The notes under the pieces were generated by a model that was not told the DNA's origin, searched no databases, and saw only the letters and a list, made by a program, of their open reading frames with translations. The translations under genes and the position numbers were made by a program. A DNA stretch of 64,000 nt from a virus, in the IMG/VR virus record IMGVR_UViG_3300026484_000390, positions 4,491 to 68,490 of that record. One strand, 5' to 3'. The stretch's first letter is position 1. The number at the start of each line of letters is the position of its first letter. Shown one piece after another: positions 1-10,211 of this stretch.

Positions 1-5
1 GCCTT

Positions 6-455
6 ATGGCTTCAAGTAGAACTACTTTAGCAACTTCAGGAGGAACATATATGTATATTAAACAAATAGCAGAAGAATGTCACGGCTTTGCAAAAAAATA
101 TGACTTACCAGTTATTTCAGCAGCACAACTTAACAGAAGTGCATTTGGAAATACCGAGGTTGGTATGGAAAGTATTTCAGAATCTATTGGACTTGCGGCA
201 ACAGCAGATACTATGATTGCTATGATAGCAACAGATGCTATGAGAGATCTTAATCAAGTTTTAATAAAATTTCTTAAAAACAGAAATACTGGTATGTTAG
301 ATAGTGTTATGTTAGAAAGTGATTATCCAAAAATGCGTTATACGGACTATCAAGGGGATGATTACAACGAATACGAATCTCAAGAGTCGATAAATACTAA
401 ACCAGCGGAAACAGTTGGCAAAAACGATCTTGATTTTGGCTCTATAAGGTTCTAA
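6..455 (+). CDS. 41: Replicative helicase (T4 gp41/DnaB-like), C-terminal part; gene starts before the window
   Basis: PVISAAQLNR, SESIGLAATAD and KNR motifs of the DnaB/gp41 RecA fold. Confidence 0.9.
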   Translation: MASSRTTLATSGGTYMYIKQIAEECHGFAKKYDLPVISAAQLNRSAFGNTEVGMESISESIGLAATADTMIAMIATDAMRDLNQVLIKFLKNRNTGMLDSVMLESDYPKMRYTDYQGDDYNEYESQESINTKPAETVGKNDLDFGSIRF

Positions 456-464
456 ACAGAAAGA

Positions 465-486
465 TTAAGTTCTTTTCTGTTATAAT
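465..486 (+). promoter_or_regulatory. sigma70-type early promoter (TTAAG..TGTTATAAT) for the polymerase gene
   Basis: attaagttcttttctgttataat; the same motif recurs about 20 times before genes in this window. Confidence 0.7.
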
Positions 487-555
487 ATAATTACTAACTA
501 TTTAAAGACAACACTTCCAAATGCGGATACAAGTGGCAAAACTTAAAGGAAAACA

Positions 556-2982
556 ATGGCAAAACAATACGAATATGTCTTCAAGGCAAAAAATAACCTA
601 TACACACGAGAATATGATACAGTAACTAAACAAACTGAACTAAAAGTTGTTAAGCATATACCTGAAATTTATATTCCTTCAAAAGAAAAATCAAAATATG
701 TATCATTACCAGAGAGAAATTTTCTTAAAAGAGTACCTTTTAAGACATTGAGTGAATATAAAGATCAAACTAAATTGTTTGAAAGTAATAATATTCCTAT
801 GTACGGTTTAAAGTCCGAACCTTTTGGGTATATAAGAGATAATTATGGTGACCCAGTTTCTAACAACCACGATTTTCAAACTCAATTCTTTGATATTGAA
901 ACAGCAGTTCTAGATAAAACAGTTGAGAAAGATGTATCTAAAAATGACTGGAAGCCAACAGGACACGAAAGAGCGGCGATGGCTACTATCACTTCTATTC
1001 AAATGTACGATACAAAATTTAAACAATTTTATATATTAGGATTGGCAAAAGATTGGAATAACGATGATAATTTCTCTTCTGAGTACGGTGAAATTAAATA
1101 TATTAAATGTGAAACAGAACGAGATTTACTAATTAAATATTTGACTATTATGGAAAGAACAAAACCACTAATTTTAAGTGGGTGGAACTCTGAAGGATAT
1201 GATATTCCTTATATTACAAATAGAATAATCAGAGTACTAGATGGTAGAGATGACTTATACGAGTTTGACGATAAAAAGAAAAGATGGTTATTTAATAGAA
1301 GTTGTCTAGATGGTGAATATGTAAAACAATTATCCCCAGTAAATATGATTACACATAGAGAAGTTGAAAATAACTTTGGATTTCAAGATGAGTTTCAATG
1401 GGCCGGATTAATTTTAGAAGATTACAAAGGACTTTATCACAAATATACTTTTGAAGTATTAACTTCTTATAGTTTGGATTCAGTTGCTAGTCACGAACTA
1501 GGAGCAAATAAAGTAGAGCACGATGAATATGCTGACTTTGCTGAATTTTACGAGAAAGACTTTGACCGTTTCATTAGATATGGCATTATCGATGTCCAAC
1601 TATTGATTGAAATAGATAACAAACTCAACCTTATTAACTTGGCTAAATCAATAGCATATATTTGTGGCGTTTCTATGCCGGATATTAGAGGTACAGTGCG
1701 ACAATGGAATCAATATATGTTTAATAACTATGCCGATAAAGGATTTATGCTTCCACTAAAAGGTAAATTTGGTAAAAATGATACTGTTATTTTAGAACAT
1801 GCAAATAATATGGAGAACTTATCTCTAGAAAGAAAAAGGACTTTTTCTAGACTTTTAGCCAATCCTGAGTTACACGGACAAAAGTTCGCTGGTGGTATTA
1901 CAAGAGGAACAGCTAAGTTTTGGAGAGAAGTATTTTCACTAGACTTTGGTTCACTTTACCCGTCTTGTATCCAATGGGCCAATATCGGTATGGAAACTTT
2001 AATTCAGCCTAAAGACTTACATAAAGACTTATTAGATTTAAGAGCAAAATATGCTATATATTATGAAAAAGAAGTACCAAGTAAAGATTTAATTCAATTT
2101 GACTTTGCTTATAGTAAAAATGTCCTTAACTATCCTGAAGCGTTAAAAGAAATGGAAGAAGTACTTACTAGACATAATGTTTCTATGACGCCAAATGGTA
2201 TGTTTTTTAGAAAAGATAAAAGAAGTATTTTATCACAAACAATGGAAGATATTATTACACAAAGAAAAGTGCATAAAAGTGAAATGAAAGAACATTTTAA
2301 AACTATGCAAAAGATTAAAGATGTCAAAGCACAAGGTTGGGAAGATGAATATTACAGAGTTAGTGCTTTAGCAGATGGTTCAAATGTTATGCAAATGGCC
2401 TTAAAAATTCTTGTAAACTCAGCATATGGGGCTTTATCAAATGAGGCTACGACTTTTGCTGGAGATAAAGAATACTTTTCTGGAGCCGTTACAAGTTCTG
2501 CTAGGATAGCTAATTTACTTGCTGGTCAAGTTAATTCTAAAAAAGTAGATCAAATTGCTGGTATAAATGCTAAAGAAGTACAATACGGAATTAACTCGTT
2601 TCATGATTGGATTCCTCAAATTGATACAGATAGTGTGGTGGGGGATAGTATAGTATATATAGATGGTGAAAAAATAAAAATAGAAGATTTATATGAAAAT
2701 ACCAAAGGCAGAATAGAAAAAAGAGATAAAAATAATTATATTAAGCATATAGATAAAGAAATATATACTTTAAGTCTTAATAAAGAAAAATATATAGTAG
2801 AAAATAAAAAAATAAAATATATAATGGCTCATAAAGTTAAAAAAAGAATGTTTAAAATAAAACATAAAGACACTGAAGTCATAGTTACTGAAGACCATAG
2901 TGTTATAGTCAAAAGAAATAATGAATTTCTTGATGTTAAACCCAAAGATATAATTCAAGGTGACAAAATTATTAAAATATAA
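556..2982 (+). CDS. 43: Family B DNA polymerase (gp43-like), N-terminal fragment fused to the N-half of a split intein
   Basis: ExoI FFDIET, ExoII GWNSEGYDIPY, ExoIII YGIID, motif A SLDFGSLYPS, motif B KILVNSAYG; motif C IDTD is followed directly by intein block A. Confidence 0.95.
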   Translation: MAKQYEYVFKAKNNLYTREYDTVTKQTELKVVKHIPEIYIPSKEKSKYVSLPERNFLKRVPFKTLSEYKDQTKLFESNNIPMYGLKSEPFGYIRDNYGDPVSNNHDFQTQFFDIETAVLDKTVEKDVSKNDWKPTGHERAAMATITSIQMYDTKFKQFYILGLAKDWNNDDNFSSEYGEIKYIKCETERDLLIKYLTIMERTKPLILSGWNSEGYDIPYITNRIIRVLDGRDDLYEFDDKKKRWLFNRSCLDGEYVKQLSPVNMITHREVENNFGFQDEFQWAGLILEDYKGLYHKYTFEVLTSYSLDSVASHELGANKVEHDEYADFAEFYEKDFDRFIRYGIIDVQLLIEIDNKLNLINLAKSIAYICGVSMPDIRGTVRQWNQYMFNNYADKGFMLPLKGKFGKNDTVILEHANNMENLSLERKRTFSRLLANPELHGQKFAGGITRGTAKFWREVFSLDFGSLYPSCIQWANIGMETLIQPKDLHKDLLDLRAKYAIYYEKEVPSKDLIQFDFAYSKNVLNYPEALKEMEEVLTRHNVSMTPNGMFFRKDKRSILSQTMEDIITQRKVHKSEMKEHFKTMQKIKDVKAQGWEDEYYRVSALADGSNVMQMALKILVNSAYGALSNEATTFAGDKEYFSGAVTSSARIANLLAGQVNSKKVDQIAGINAKEVQYGINSFHDWIPQIDTDSVVGDSIVYIDGEKIKIEDLYENTKGRIEKRDKNNYIKHIDKEIYTLSLNKEKYIVENKKIKYIMAHKVKKRMFKIKHKDTEVIVTEDHSVIVKRNNEFLDVKPKDIIQGDKIIKI
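2632..2979 (+). mobile_element. Split intein N-fragment (116 aa, Ser1, no Cys)
   Basis: SVVGDSIVYIDG (block A) and VIVTEDHS (block B TxxH) inserted at DTD|S. Confidence 0.93.
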
Positions 2983-2998
2983 CAACAGGATACTGGTT

Positions 2999-3006
2999 TA
3001 TAAATA
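2999..3006 (+). promoter_or_regulatory. T4-type late promoter TATAAATA upstream of the endonuclease
   Basis: Exact TATAAATA about 20 nt before the ATG at 3028. Confidence 0.65.
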
Positions 3007-3027
3007 ATATTAAAGAGAGGTTAAAAT

Positions 3028-4077
3028 ATGACTGAATGCATTATTTGTAAAGAAGATATTTTTAAGAATGTACCAAAAACATCAAAAGGAACTTATATAG
3101 TAGGTAAGTTGAAGAAGTTTCATAAAGAAATTTTAGATAACAATATTAAAGTGAAACCTAAAATGTGCTATAATTGTGCTGAAAATAAAATAGGCCATAA
3201 AATAATGAGAAGTCTATCTAATAAAGAAAGAAGTATAATTTATGATATTCCTTTAGAACAAACTAAAGGAATGACCAAAAATGGTTATTCTCTCAAAAAA
3301 GCAATTGAATTGCATGGAGTAGAAACAGGCACCAGAATGTTTGAAGAATACAAAGAAAAACAAGCATATACCAATACATTAAAATACAAACAAGAAAAAT
3401 ATGGTATGACCGAAGAAGAGTTTAAGGACTACAATAATTCAAGAGCCGTTACATTGAAGAATCAGACCAAAAAATACGGAGTGAAAGAAGGCACAGAAAG
3501 ATTTGAAAAATATAAGAATAAACAAAAAGAAACTGGTTGTTCATTAAACTATTTTCAAGATAAATATGGTCAGGATGACGGCAAAACATTCTATGGAGAA
3601 TTAAACAATAGAAAAGCAAATACCTTAAATAACTTTATTTTAAGACATGGTAATGAATTAGGGATAGAGAAATTTGAAAAATATATTCAAACTGAAAAAG
3701 GATTTTATTCTAAGGAGTCAATTCGGTTTTTTGAGGAAGAATTAAGTAATATTATTATAAAATATAAAGTATATTATAAAGACAAAGAATTTGGACTAAT
3801 GGACATAGAAAATAATACCTATTATAAGTATGATTTAGTTATTCCGGAATTAAAATTATGTGTTGAATATAACGGTGATTTATTTCATGCCAACCCCAAA
3901 ATGTTTGAAAGCAAAGATAGACCAAATCCTTTTAATCGAGAACTAACTTCTGAAGATATATGGTTAAAAGATAAGAATAAGCTGGATTTAATAAAATCTA
4001 AAGGATATAAAGTATTAGTTATATGGGCAAGTGATAAAAATAAAGAGCAAAAAATAAAAGAGTTTATAAAGGAATAA
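3028..4077 (+). CDS. Free-standing homing endonuclease (Vsr-like PD-(D/E)xK) between the split-intein halves
   Basis: Repeated KYG/HG..EG..F helical units; C-terminal YDLVIPELKLCVEYNGDLFHANP...GYKVLVIW. Confidence 0.85.
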   Translation: MTECIICKEDIFKNVPKTSKGTYIVGKLKKFHKEILDNNIKVKPKMCYNCAENKIGHKIMRSLSNKERSIIYDIPLEQTKGMTKNGYSLKKAIELHGVETGTRMFEEYKEKQAYTNTLKYKQEKYGMTEEEFKDYNNSRAVTLKNQTKKYGVKEGTERFEKYKNKQKETGCSLNYFQDKYGQDDGKTFYGELNNRKANTLNNFILRHGNELGIEKFEKYIQTEKGFYSKESIRFFEEELSNIIIKYKVYYKDKEFGLMDIENNTYYKYDLVIPELKLCVEYNGDLFHANPKMFESKDRPNPFNRELTSEDIWLKDKNKLDLIKSKGYKVLVIWASDKNKEQKIKEFIKE

Positions 4078-4078
4078 A

Positions 4079-4195
4079 ATGATAGAAACAGAAGAATTTA
4101 TAGTTGAAGATATGGGTGTACAAGAACAATGGGTTTATGATATTGAGGTTGAGGATAATCATAACTTTTTTGCTAATGATATATGTGTTCATAAT
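4079..4195 (+). mobile_element. Split intein C-fragment (blocks F and G, ends HN, +1 Ser)
   Basis: MIETEEF...VYDIEV..NHNFFANDICVHN followed by Ser at 4196. Confidence 0.93.
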
Positions 4196-5053
4196 AGTAA
4201 TTATGTAAGTATTGAACCAGTTGTTAAAAAGAAATTTGGAACTGATTATTTAAAAACAACAGAAAGAATAAGAATTACAGAATTTATTGAAAACTATATC
4301 AACAAAGTTTCGTTACCTTTAACTTATGATGCTCTTAATAATATTTTAAGCAAATCTCATAATGCATATTTACCAGAAAAACTGGTTGAAGACCCTGAAG
4401 TAATTTGTGATAACTTTATATCGATTGCTCCTAAAATGTACTTCGCTAGAAAGTGGTGGGATGAAGGATTAACCTTAAGTGCACCTAAGTTAAAAATTAC
4501 TGGATTAAGCACAATTAGAAGTACTACCCCAAAATATTATAGAAAAGAACTTGCTTCAGCTATGGATATTTTAATAGATGGTGATATTCCTAAAGTGATT
4601 GAATACATAGAAACAGTTAGAGAAGGAACTATGACACAAGCACCTGAAGATATTGCAATTAACCAAGGTGTATCTAGTTTGGATTATACCTGGGATGAAA
4701 ATATTAAAAAATTCAGAAGATGGACAGGAGAGAAATACTTAGGAGCACCAGTAAATTCTAGAGCTTGTCTTACTCATAATCTGTATATTGAAAAAAATAA
4801 ATTAACTATTAAAGATATTGAACCAGGAGATAAAATTTCTTTTTTATATATGAAAACTCCTAATCCTACCTTTAATTCAAGTAACGCTTTTGGATTTAGA
4901 GATACGAAAGTATTTGATGGAGAACTTAGAAAATACATAGATCGCAATTTAATGTTTGAAAAAGGCTTTGAGACACCAATTAGACTTATAACAGATCCGT
5001 TAAACTGGGATTTAACTCCTAAAGACGAACAAATTGATGACGATGAATGGTAG
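4079..5053 (+). CDS. 43: Split intein C-fragment (39 aa) plus DNA polymerase B C-terminal fragment
   Basis: VYDIEVEDNHNFFANDICVHN|S then PKMY, KITGL..RSTTP thumb motifs. Confidence 0.95.
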   Translation: MIETEEFIVEDMGVQEQWVYDIEVEDNHNFFANDICVHNSNYVSIEPVVKKKFGTDYLKTTERIRITEFIENYINKVSLPLTYDALNNILSKSHNAYLPEKLVEDPEVICDNFISIAPKMYFARKWWDEGLTLSAPKLKITGLSTIRSTTPKYYRKELASAMDILIDGDIPKVIEYIETVREGTMTQAPEDIAINQGVSSLDYTWDENIKKFRRWTGEKYLGAPVNSRACLTHNLYIEKNKLTIKDIEPGDKISFLYMKTPNPTFNSSNAFGFRDTKVFDGELRKYIDRNLMFEKGFETPIRLITDPLNWDLTPKDEQIDDDEW

Positions 5054-5056
5054 ACT

Positions 5057-5064
5057 TATAAATA
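5057..5064 (+). promoter_or_regulatory. Late promoter TATAAATA
   Basis: Exact match followed by AGAGGA RBS and ATG at 5083. Confidence 0.7.
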
Positions 5065-5082
5065 TTCATAAAGAGGAATAAA

Positions 5083-6588
5083 ATGATTAATGAAGCATCA
5101 ATAACAGGAAGTAACACTTATGGTCCGGGCCATAAGTTAGTCCTTAAAGAATCACCAGTTAATTCTGCCAATAAAGAATTAACAAATATGGGCTATTCAA
5201 TTAATAGTGATTTCGAAATATCTAAAGAAGTAAACGACTATATTGAAATCGGACAGGGTAAAGAAACTATTTATATTAAGGAAATGACAACAAATAGAAC
5301 TTTTAAAATTAACGGAAGCAGAAGTTTTCTAAATAATATTTTTAATCACGCTAATATTAATAAGAGAGTTTTACCTAAGGGAGTAAACCCCACAAATTTC
5401 TTAGAAACTTTTGCTACTTTGGGTGTTATGGGTATTAAAACTTTTGAAGAAGCTTTATCTTATAATAATGAAGAGTTGCAAATAGATCTCAAGAAGTTTT
5501 CAAATACAGATAAAGAAACAATAGACGAGGCAGAAAAATTACTTAAAGGAGGCAACAAGAGTCCATTTAAGAAACCAGATTCTTTTATTCATAAAAATAT
5601 TAAGGATTATTATAGAGCTTTGGAAAAATATGAGAATATTAAAAAAGCTGTGAAAGATAATACTTCAGATGTTGTTTTTATTTACGGTGGTAGCCCTAAG
5701 GATTTATTCAATAATTTAAAATCAAATATCCCCAATCAATTCGATAAAGAAACAGGTCTTATCACACTAGGTAACATTTCTTTTTTTCAAGTGTCCCTCA
5801 AAAAAGGTGCCGATAAAGCAAGACTAGGAAGGATAACTACTCTAATCAGACAAACATATGATATTAACGAAGGATTGCTGGATAGAATTAAAAATGTGGG
5901 AACTTTAGGTTTTAAGGCGTTTAGCTTTATTAAATCAAAAGTACAGAAATTTCTTACTATACTTACTGAAACCTTTGCGACTAAGAAATTGGAATTAGAA
6001 CTAGAAAAATTTACAAAGAAGTATTTAAAAAAACATAAATTCCTAGTTGAAAATAACGAAACGGAAAATATAGTTAATTCTATTAATAACTCTTTCGCTG
6101 AAATTAGCAGAGTAAAGGGGATTAAAACAAAGATTATTCAAACAGACCTTAAAGAGTGTAAAACCAAAAGTGAAACTAACCTACTTATCTGTAATGATAT
6201 TTCACTTTCTTATCTTAATAAGATCTTACTAGATATTTCAAAATCTGATGCGCCTAAATATATTGCCAAAACTATAGAATTAATGAGAAAAGGAGAAACT
6301 AACTTACCAGTTGTAATGATGTATGGAGATGGCTCAACTGATGTTTTAGTTTCCGTAGATGCTGTTGTACCCAGTGGTGGGCAGATACCTACTGTAATTT
6401 TGAGCATCACACCAGCAAAAAGCGCATCATATTACGTTATATCACTTTATTACCTAGTGGGAATAGACGCTAATCCTGAACTAAGTAAGTATATATTAAT
6501 TCAGTTTAATAATGCGGGTGGAGCTTCCAAAATAGCTTGGAAAGTAGAAGGAAATTCAGTAAAAACTCTTAAACAAATAAAGATTTAA
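5083..6588 (+). CDS. Late protein, probably head-internal, with a PD-(D/E)xK-like motif
   Basis: Late promoter; MINEA and internal INEG (gp21-type cleavage sites); NTSDVVF...QVSLKK resembles a restriction-fold active site. Confidence 0.5.
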   Translation: MINEASITGSNTYGPGHKLVLKESPVNSANKELTNMGYSINSDFEISKEVNDYIEIGQGKETIYIKEMTTNRTFKINGSRSFLNNIFNHANINKRVLPKGVNPTNFLETFATLGVMGIKTFEEALSYNNEELQIDLKKFSNTDKETIDEAEKLLKGGNKSPFKKPDSFIHKNIKDYYRALEKYENIKKAVKDNTSDVVFIYGGSPKDLFNNLKSNIPNQFDKETGLITLGNISFFQVSLKKGADKARLGRITTLIRQTYDINEGLLDRIKNVGTLGFKAFSFIKSKVQKFLTILTETFATKKLELELEKFTKKYLKKHKFLVENNETENIVNSINNSFAEISRVKGIKTKIIQTDLKECKTKSETNLLICNDISLSYLNKILLDISKSDAPKYIAKTIELMRKGETNLPVVMMYGDGSTDVLVSVDAVVPSGGQIPTVILSITPAKSASYYVISLYYLVGIDANPELSKYILIQFNNAGGASKIAWKVEGNSVKTLKQIKI

Positions 6589-6642
6589 TATTTATTTAAA
6601 GTTTATTATGTTATAATAATACATAGAAGAAAAAGGACATAG

Positions 6643-7185
6643 ATGAAAACTTGGTTTATATCAGATACGCATTTTTTACATGAAAATATAAAAAAGTATT
6701 GTAATAGAAGAGATGAATATAACAAAACTATTATTAAAAACTGGAATGATTTAATCCAACCAGAAGATACAGTTTTTCATCTAGGAGACTTAACAGCGGG
6801 GGTTGGAAAAGTTCAAGATGGATATAGTAAACTTAAAAAAATAATGGGTATGCTTAATGGTAATATAGTACTTATTAAAGGCAATCATGATCACTACACA
6901 AATGAGCAATATAAAAATGATTTAAATATTAAAGCCGTTACAGAATATCATATTCAAGGTGAGTATTTTTTATGCCATTATCCACTTATAATTGATTCTT
7001 TCACCAAAGAAAAAATGATACCAGTTTTTACAGAACTTAAAAAATTATTTAAGGATTCTGGTTGTAAGTATTTACTTCACGGACATAGTCATTTAACCAA
7101 ATTTGGTGGTAAAAGAATTAACTTATCAGTAGATTTAACAGATTTTAAACCAGTTGAATATAATGATTTACTTAAACATATTTAA
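6643..7185 (+). CDS. Calcineurin-like metallophosphoesterase
   Basis: SDTHFLH, LGDL, GNHD, HYP and HGHSH motifs. Confidence 0.9.
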   Translation: MKTWFISDTHFLHENIKKYCNRRDEYNKTIIKNWNDLIQPEDTVFHLGDLTAGVGKVQDGYSKLKKIMGMLNGNIVLIKGNHDHYTNEQYKNDLNIKAVTEYHIQGEYFLCHYPLIIDSFTKEKMIPVFTELKKLFKDSGCKYLLHGHSHLTKFGGKRINLSVDLTDFKPVEYNDLLKHI

Positions 7186-7189
7186 AGTA

Positions 7190-7197
7190 TATAAATA
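7190..7197 (+). promoter_or_regulatory. Late promoter TATAAATA
   Basis: Exact match before GAGG RBS and ATG at 7219. Confidence 0.7.
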
Positions 7198-7218
7198 ATT
7201 AAAAAAAGAGGTGGAAAA

Positions 7219-7563
7219 ATGAGAAGTTTTAGAGAGATGGCTGAAGAACAAGTTAATGAAGGTGTTTTAAAAAATGCTTATAAATGGTTATTAACAAAAT
7301 CAAGAGTATTAAGAAAAATAGAAATAGATAATGAAAAACAATATGGTTACCGATTACCAGTTAAAGTAATTGAAATTGAATTCTTATCAGGTGATGAAGT
7401 AGCAGAAGGTTATGCTTTAAGTTATATCAGTTCCAAAGAAAAAGGTAGAATGCTTTGTATTCATGAAGAAGAAATATTAAAAGGTGACAAAGTTAAAATT
7501 GCTGGACCTATTAAAAGTCTTAGTAATGAAAAATTTGATATTTTCATAGCTAAAAAGGTATAG
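7219..7563 (+). CDS. Putative internal head protein with capsid-targeting leader
   Basis: MRSFREMAEEQVNEG leader resembles T4 IP leader MKTYQEFIAE; late promoter. Confidence 0.6.
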   Translation: MRSFREMAEEQVNEGVLKNAYKWLLTKSRVLRKIEIDNEKQYGYRLPVKVIEIEFLSGDEVAEGYALSYISSKEKGRMLCIHEEEILKGDKVKIAGPIKSLSNEKFDIFIAKKV

Positions 7564-7572
7564 AGGTTTAAA

Positions 7573-7992
7573 ATGAGAGGTTTTAGAGAGATGACTGAAG
7601 CACAGGTTAATGAGGGAATATTATCAAAATTTAATAGTTGGTTTAAAAATTTAGAATTAATTAAAATAATAAGAGAGGATAAAATACAAGATGAATATAA
7701 TCATACTGTTAAACTTTTTCCTATTAGCATTACATTTTCAAGAGAAGAAAATGGTTACGATTTTTATATTATAGAATCTAATAAAGAAAATAGCTTAAAA
7801 GCAAGCAAGAATAACCAACATTTATGTTTTATGAGTTCGAATGATAAAGATGTTATGGAAAACTTCCAAAAACAAATAGATAAGAGAAAAGAAGGTTCAT
7901 TTTGGTTTACATTAGGCGAAGTAAAAAGTATGACTCAAAATAATATAACGCCTTATTTTATTCAAGAAATGTCAATTGACGAAAACAAATAG
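7573..7992 (+). CDS. Putative internal head protein with capsid-targeting leader
   Basis: MRGFREMTEAQVNEG, nearly identical leader to the previous gene but unrelated body. Confidence 0.6.
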   Translation: MRGFREMTEAQVNEGILSKFNSWFKNLELIKIIREDKIQDEYNHTVKLFPISITFSREENGYDFYIIESNKENSLKASKNNQHLCFMSSNDKDVMENFQKQIDKRKEGSFWFTLGEVKSMTQNNITPYFIQEMSIDENK

Positions 7993-8001
7993 GATATAAT
8001 T

Positions 8002-9240
8002 ATGGGCGGAAATGTAACAGGAATAAACAAAAAAACTGGTGAAGAAATTAAAGCACAAAAAATTGATTTGAAAAAAGCCGGAAGAAAGGAATTTGTAAAT
8101 AAATTCACAGAAGCTTTTAAAAAATTAAACAAGCTTTATAAAAGTAAATTTAAAGAACCTTTATGGGTAAAAGAGTCGAGACTTGACACCAATGAACTGT
8201 ATAATGGAAGCACAAGTTATATAATGGATGCAAGAATTTCGGATGAAGAATTACTCCAACATAAAGAATCTGCTGGTGATTTAGATATTATTGTACCTAA
8301 ACATACTAAAGAAAATCTTTGGACTCTACTTGATGATTTAGAGGGTAAAGAAATTATTAAAGGAGTTACTTATCATGGTTCAAATAAAGCAACAGTTTCT
8401 TCAATTGGAGATCAAATAAATTCTCTTTTTATTGTAGAATTTGGTGATTATAAAGCACTTGCACAAGTTGATTTTGAATTTCTTGAAGTATCAGAAGATG
8501 GTGTTCCATCAGAATTATCAAAATTTACTCATAGTTCTTCTTTTGAAGATGCTAAAAATAAAGTAAAAGCAGTTCATCATAAATTTTTAATATTTGCTAT
8601 TAGTGGATCTATGGATGTTAGAGAAGACATCGCATTAGCAACTCCAGCAAGTACACCTGAAAAGTTAAGAATTTCTGGCAAAAAAGGTTCAGATGTTATA
8701 AGAATGCTTAAATTTGATTTAAATAAAGGTATTAGTGTTGGATATGAAAGAATGGTTGATGGCAATGGTGAGTATATGCAAACAGAAGATGGAAAAGATA
8801 TTTATAAAGAAATTCCAACTAAAAATAGAAAAGATCCTGCTAATACCGTAAGACAAATGTATCAATTATGTTTTGATAGAATTGAAGGAAATGAGCAAGA
8901 TGAAAAATTATTTTGGTCTTTTATGGGAATGGTCGAGTTACTTAAAAAATATGTTAAAGATAAGAAAACACTAGAAAAAATACATAACAGATATTTTGAA
9001 AAATTATTTGCAATAAAAGGTCAACCTGGTCAAATTTTAGAAGTTGGAGATCCAGAATTAGATTATCAAGTTAAAATTTCGGGGTATAAAAGATTTTGTA
9101 AAGAATTTGGGTTAAAAGAAAGAACAAAAGAAATACAAGCTTATTATGATAATTTTGAAAATATGAGAGGTGGAAAACTTAGAGAAAGTTGTAATATTAA
9201 TGAATTTGCAAATTTTATTAACGAGTTTATTAATAGATAA
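8002..9240 (+). CDS. Pol-beta-superfamily nucleotidyltransferase-like protein
   Basis: NGS...SAGDLDIIV (GS/DxD) and a third acidic residue in QVDF. Confidence 0.6.
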   Translation: MGGNVTGINKKTGEEIKAQKIDLKKAGRKEFVNKFTEAFKKLNKLYKSKFKEPLWVKESRLDTNELYNGSTSYIMDARISDEELLQHKESAGDLDIIVPKHTKENLWTLLDDLEGKEIIKGVTYHGSNKATVSSIGDQINSLFIVEFGDYKALAQVDFEFLEVSEDGVPSELSKFTHSSSFEDAKNKVKAVHHKFLIFAISGSMDVREDIALATPASTPEKLRISGKKGSDVIRMLKFDLNKGISVGYERMVDGNGEYMQTEDGKDIYKEIPTKNRKDPANTVRQMYQLCFDRIEGNEQDEKLFWSFMGMVELLKKYVKDKKTLEKIHNRYFEKLFAIKGQPGQILEVGDPELDYQVKISGYKRFCKEFGLKERTKEIQAYYDNFENMRGGKLRESCNINEFANFINEFINR

Positions 9241-9289
9241 TAAATTTCTATTTATATAGGATTATATAAAAAATACTAAATATAAATAA

Positions 9290-9635
9290 ATAAGTTATAT
9301 AAATGCTAAAAAAGTAAAAGAAATAATAGGTATTGCAGGTTAAACTTTAAAAAACTACAGAAGAAAAGATAAAGTAGTAGGAATTTCTTATATGATATAG
9401 ATGGTCTAATGCTTACAAAACCTAAGGTTAAAAAGACAAGTTATTTTCTAGGGTAAGTAATGCTAAACAAAAAGAAGACTTAGAAGCAAGAAAATATTAA
9501 GGGAATTTACTACTTCTAAAGGTATTATAGTATATAAAGACATAGCTTCTGGAATGAAAGAAGATAGAAAAGGATTAAATAAGTGCAAAATAGTAATATA
9601 ACTTATAAAGGTAGACTTACTAGGTTTGGATATAA
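9290..9635 (+). pseudogene. Degraded IS607-family TnpA (serine recombinase) remnant
   Basis: Broken frames read NAKKVKEIIGI, FSRVSNAKQKEDLE, YKDIASGMKEDRKGLNK, ITYKGRLTRFGY. Confidence 0.8.
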
Positions 9636-9637
9636 TT

Positions 9638-10174
9638 ATGTTTAGAGAATTAGTTTATTTACAAGAATCAGATAAAATTAGAGATATTTTATTTGAAGAA
9701 AGTATATTTGTTTTAGTTATTGGTGGCTCAGCATCAGGTAAAAATTATATTTATGATTTAAATTTTAAAAATATAGAATTAGTTGATAATGATCAAATAA
9801 CAAAAGAACTTTCTGGTGGAGATTTTGAGAAAGCAAGAAAGTTAATTTCAAAAGCAACTTCAATAGCAAATAAAAGATTAGAAAAAGCATTTAAAGATAA
9901 CACAAGCATTGGACAAGTTTCGACTGGTAGTAATCAAAAAGGTGTTGAAAATAAACTTATTAAAGCAAAATCATTTAATATGAAAACTGCACTTATTTTA
10001 ATTGATACAAATGTTAAAAAAGCAATTAAAAGAAATGAAGAAAGAGCAGAAGAAGGCTTACAAGGATTAATTCCGGAATGGAAAGTAGAAAAATCAAATG
10101 AAAAAGCACGAGAAACTTTTAACAGTTTGAAAAAATTAGATATAGTAGACTATAATATAGTAATTAAAAATTAA
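9638..10174 (+). CDS. P-loop kinase (AAA_33/zeta-toxin-like); likely start at ATG 9638
   Basis: IGGSASGKN Walker A; AIKRNEER lid; MFRELVYLQES leader. Confidence 0.7.
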   Translation: MFRELVYLQESDKIRDILFEESIFVLVIGGSASGKNYIYDLNFKNIELVDNDQITKELSGGDFEKARKLISKATSIANKRLEKAFKDNTSIGQVSTGSNQKGVENKLIKAKSFNMKTALILIDTNVKKAIKRNEERAEEGLQGLIPEWKVEKSNEKARETFNSLKKLDIVDYNIVIKN

Positions 10175-10211
10175 GGTTATTTAAATTATTTTATGTTATA
10201 ATTAAAAACAA

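Noticed and set aside
2983-4078. Group I intron interrupting the polymerase
   Set aside because: Intein blocks on both sides and almost no noncoding space for a ribozyme core
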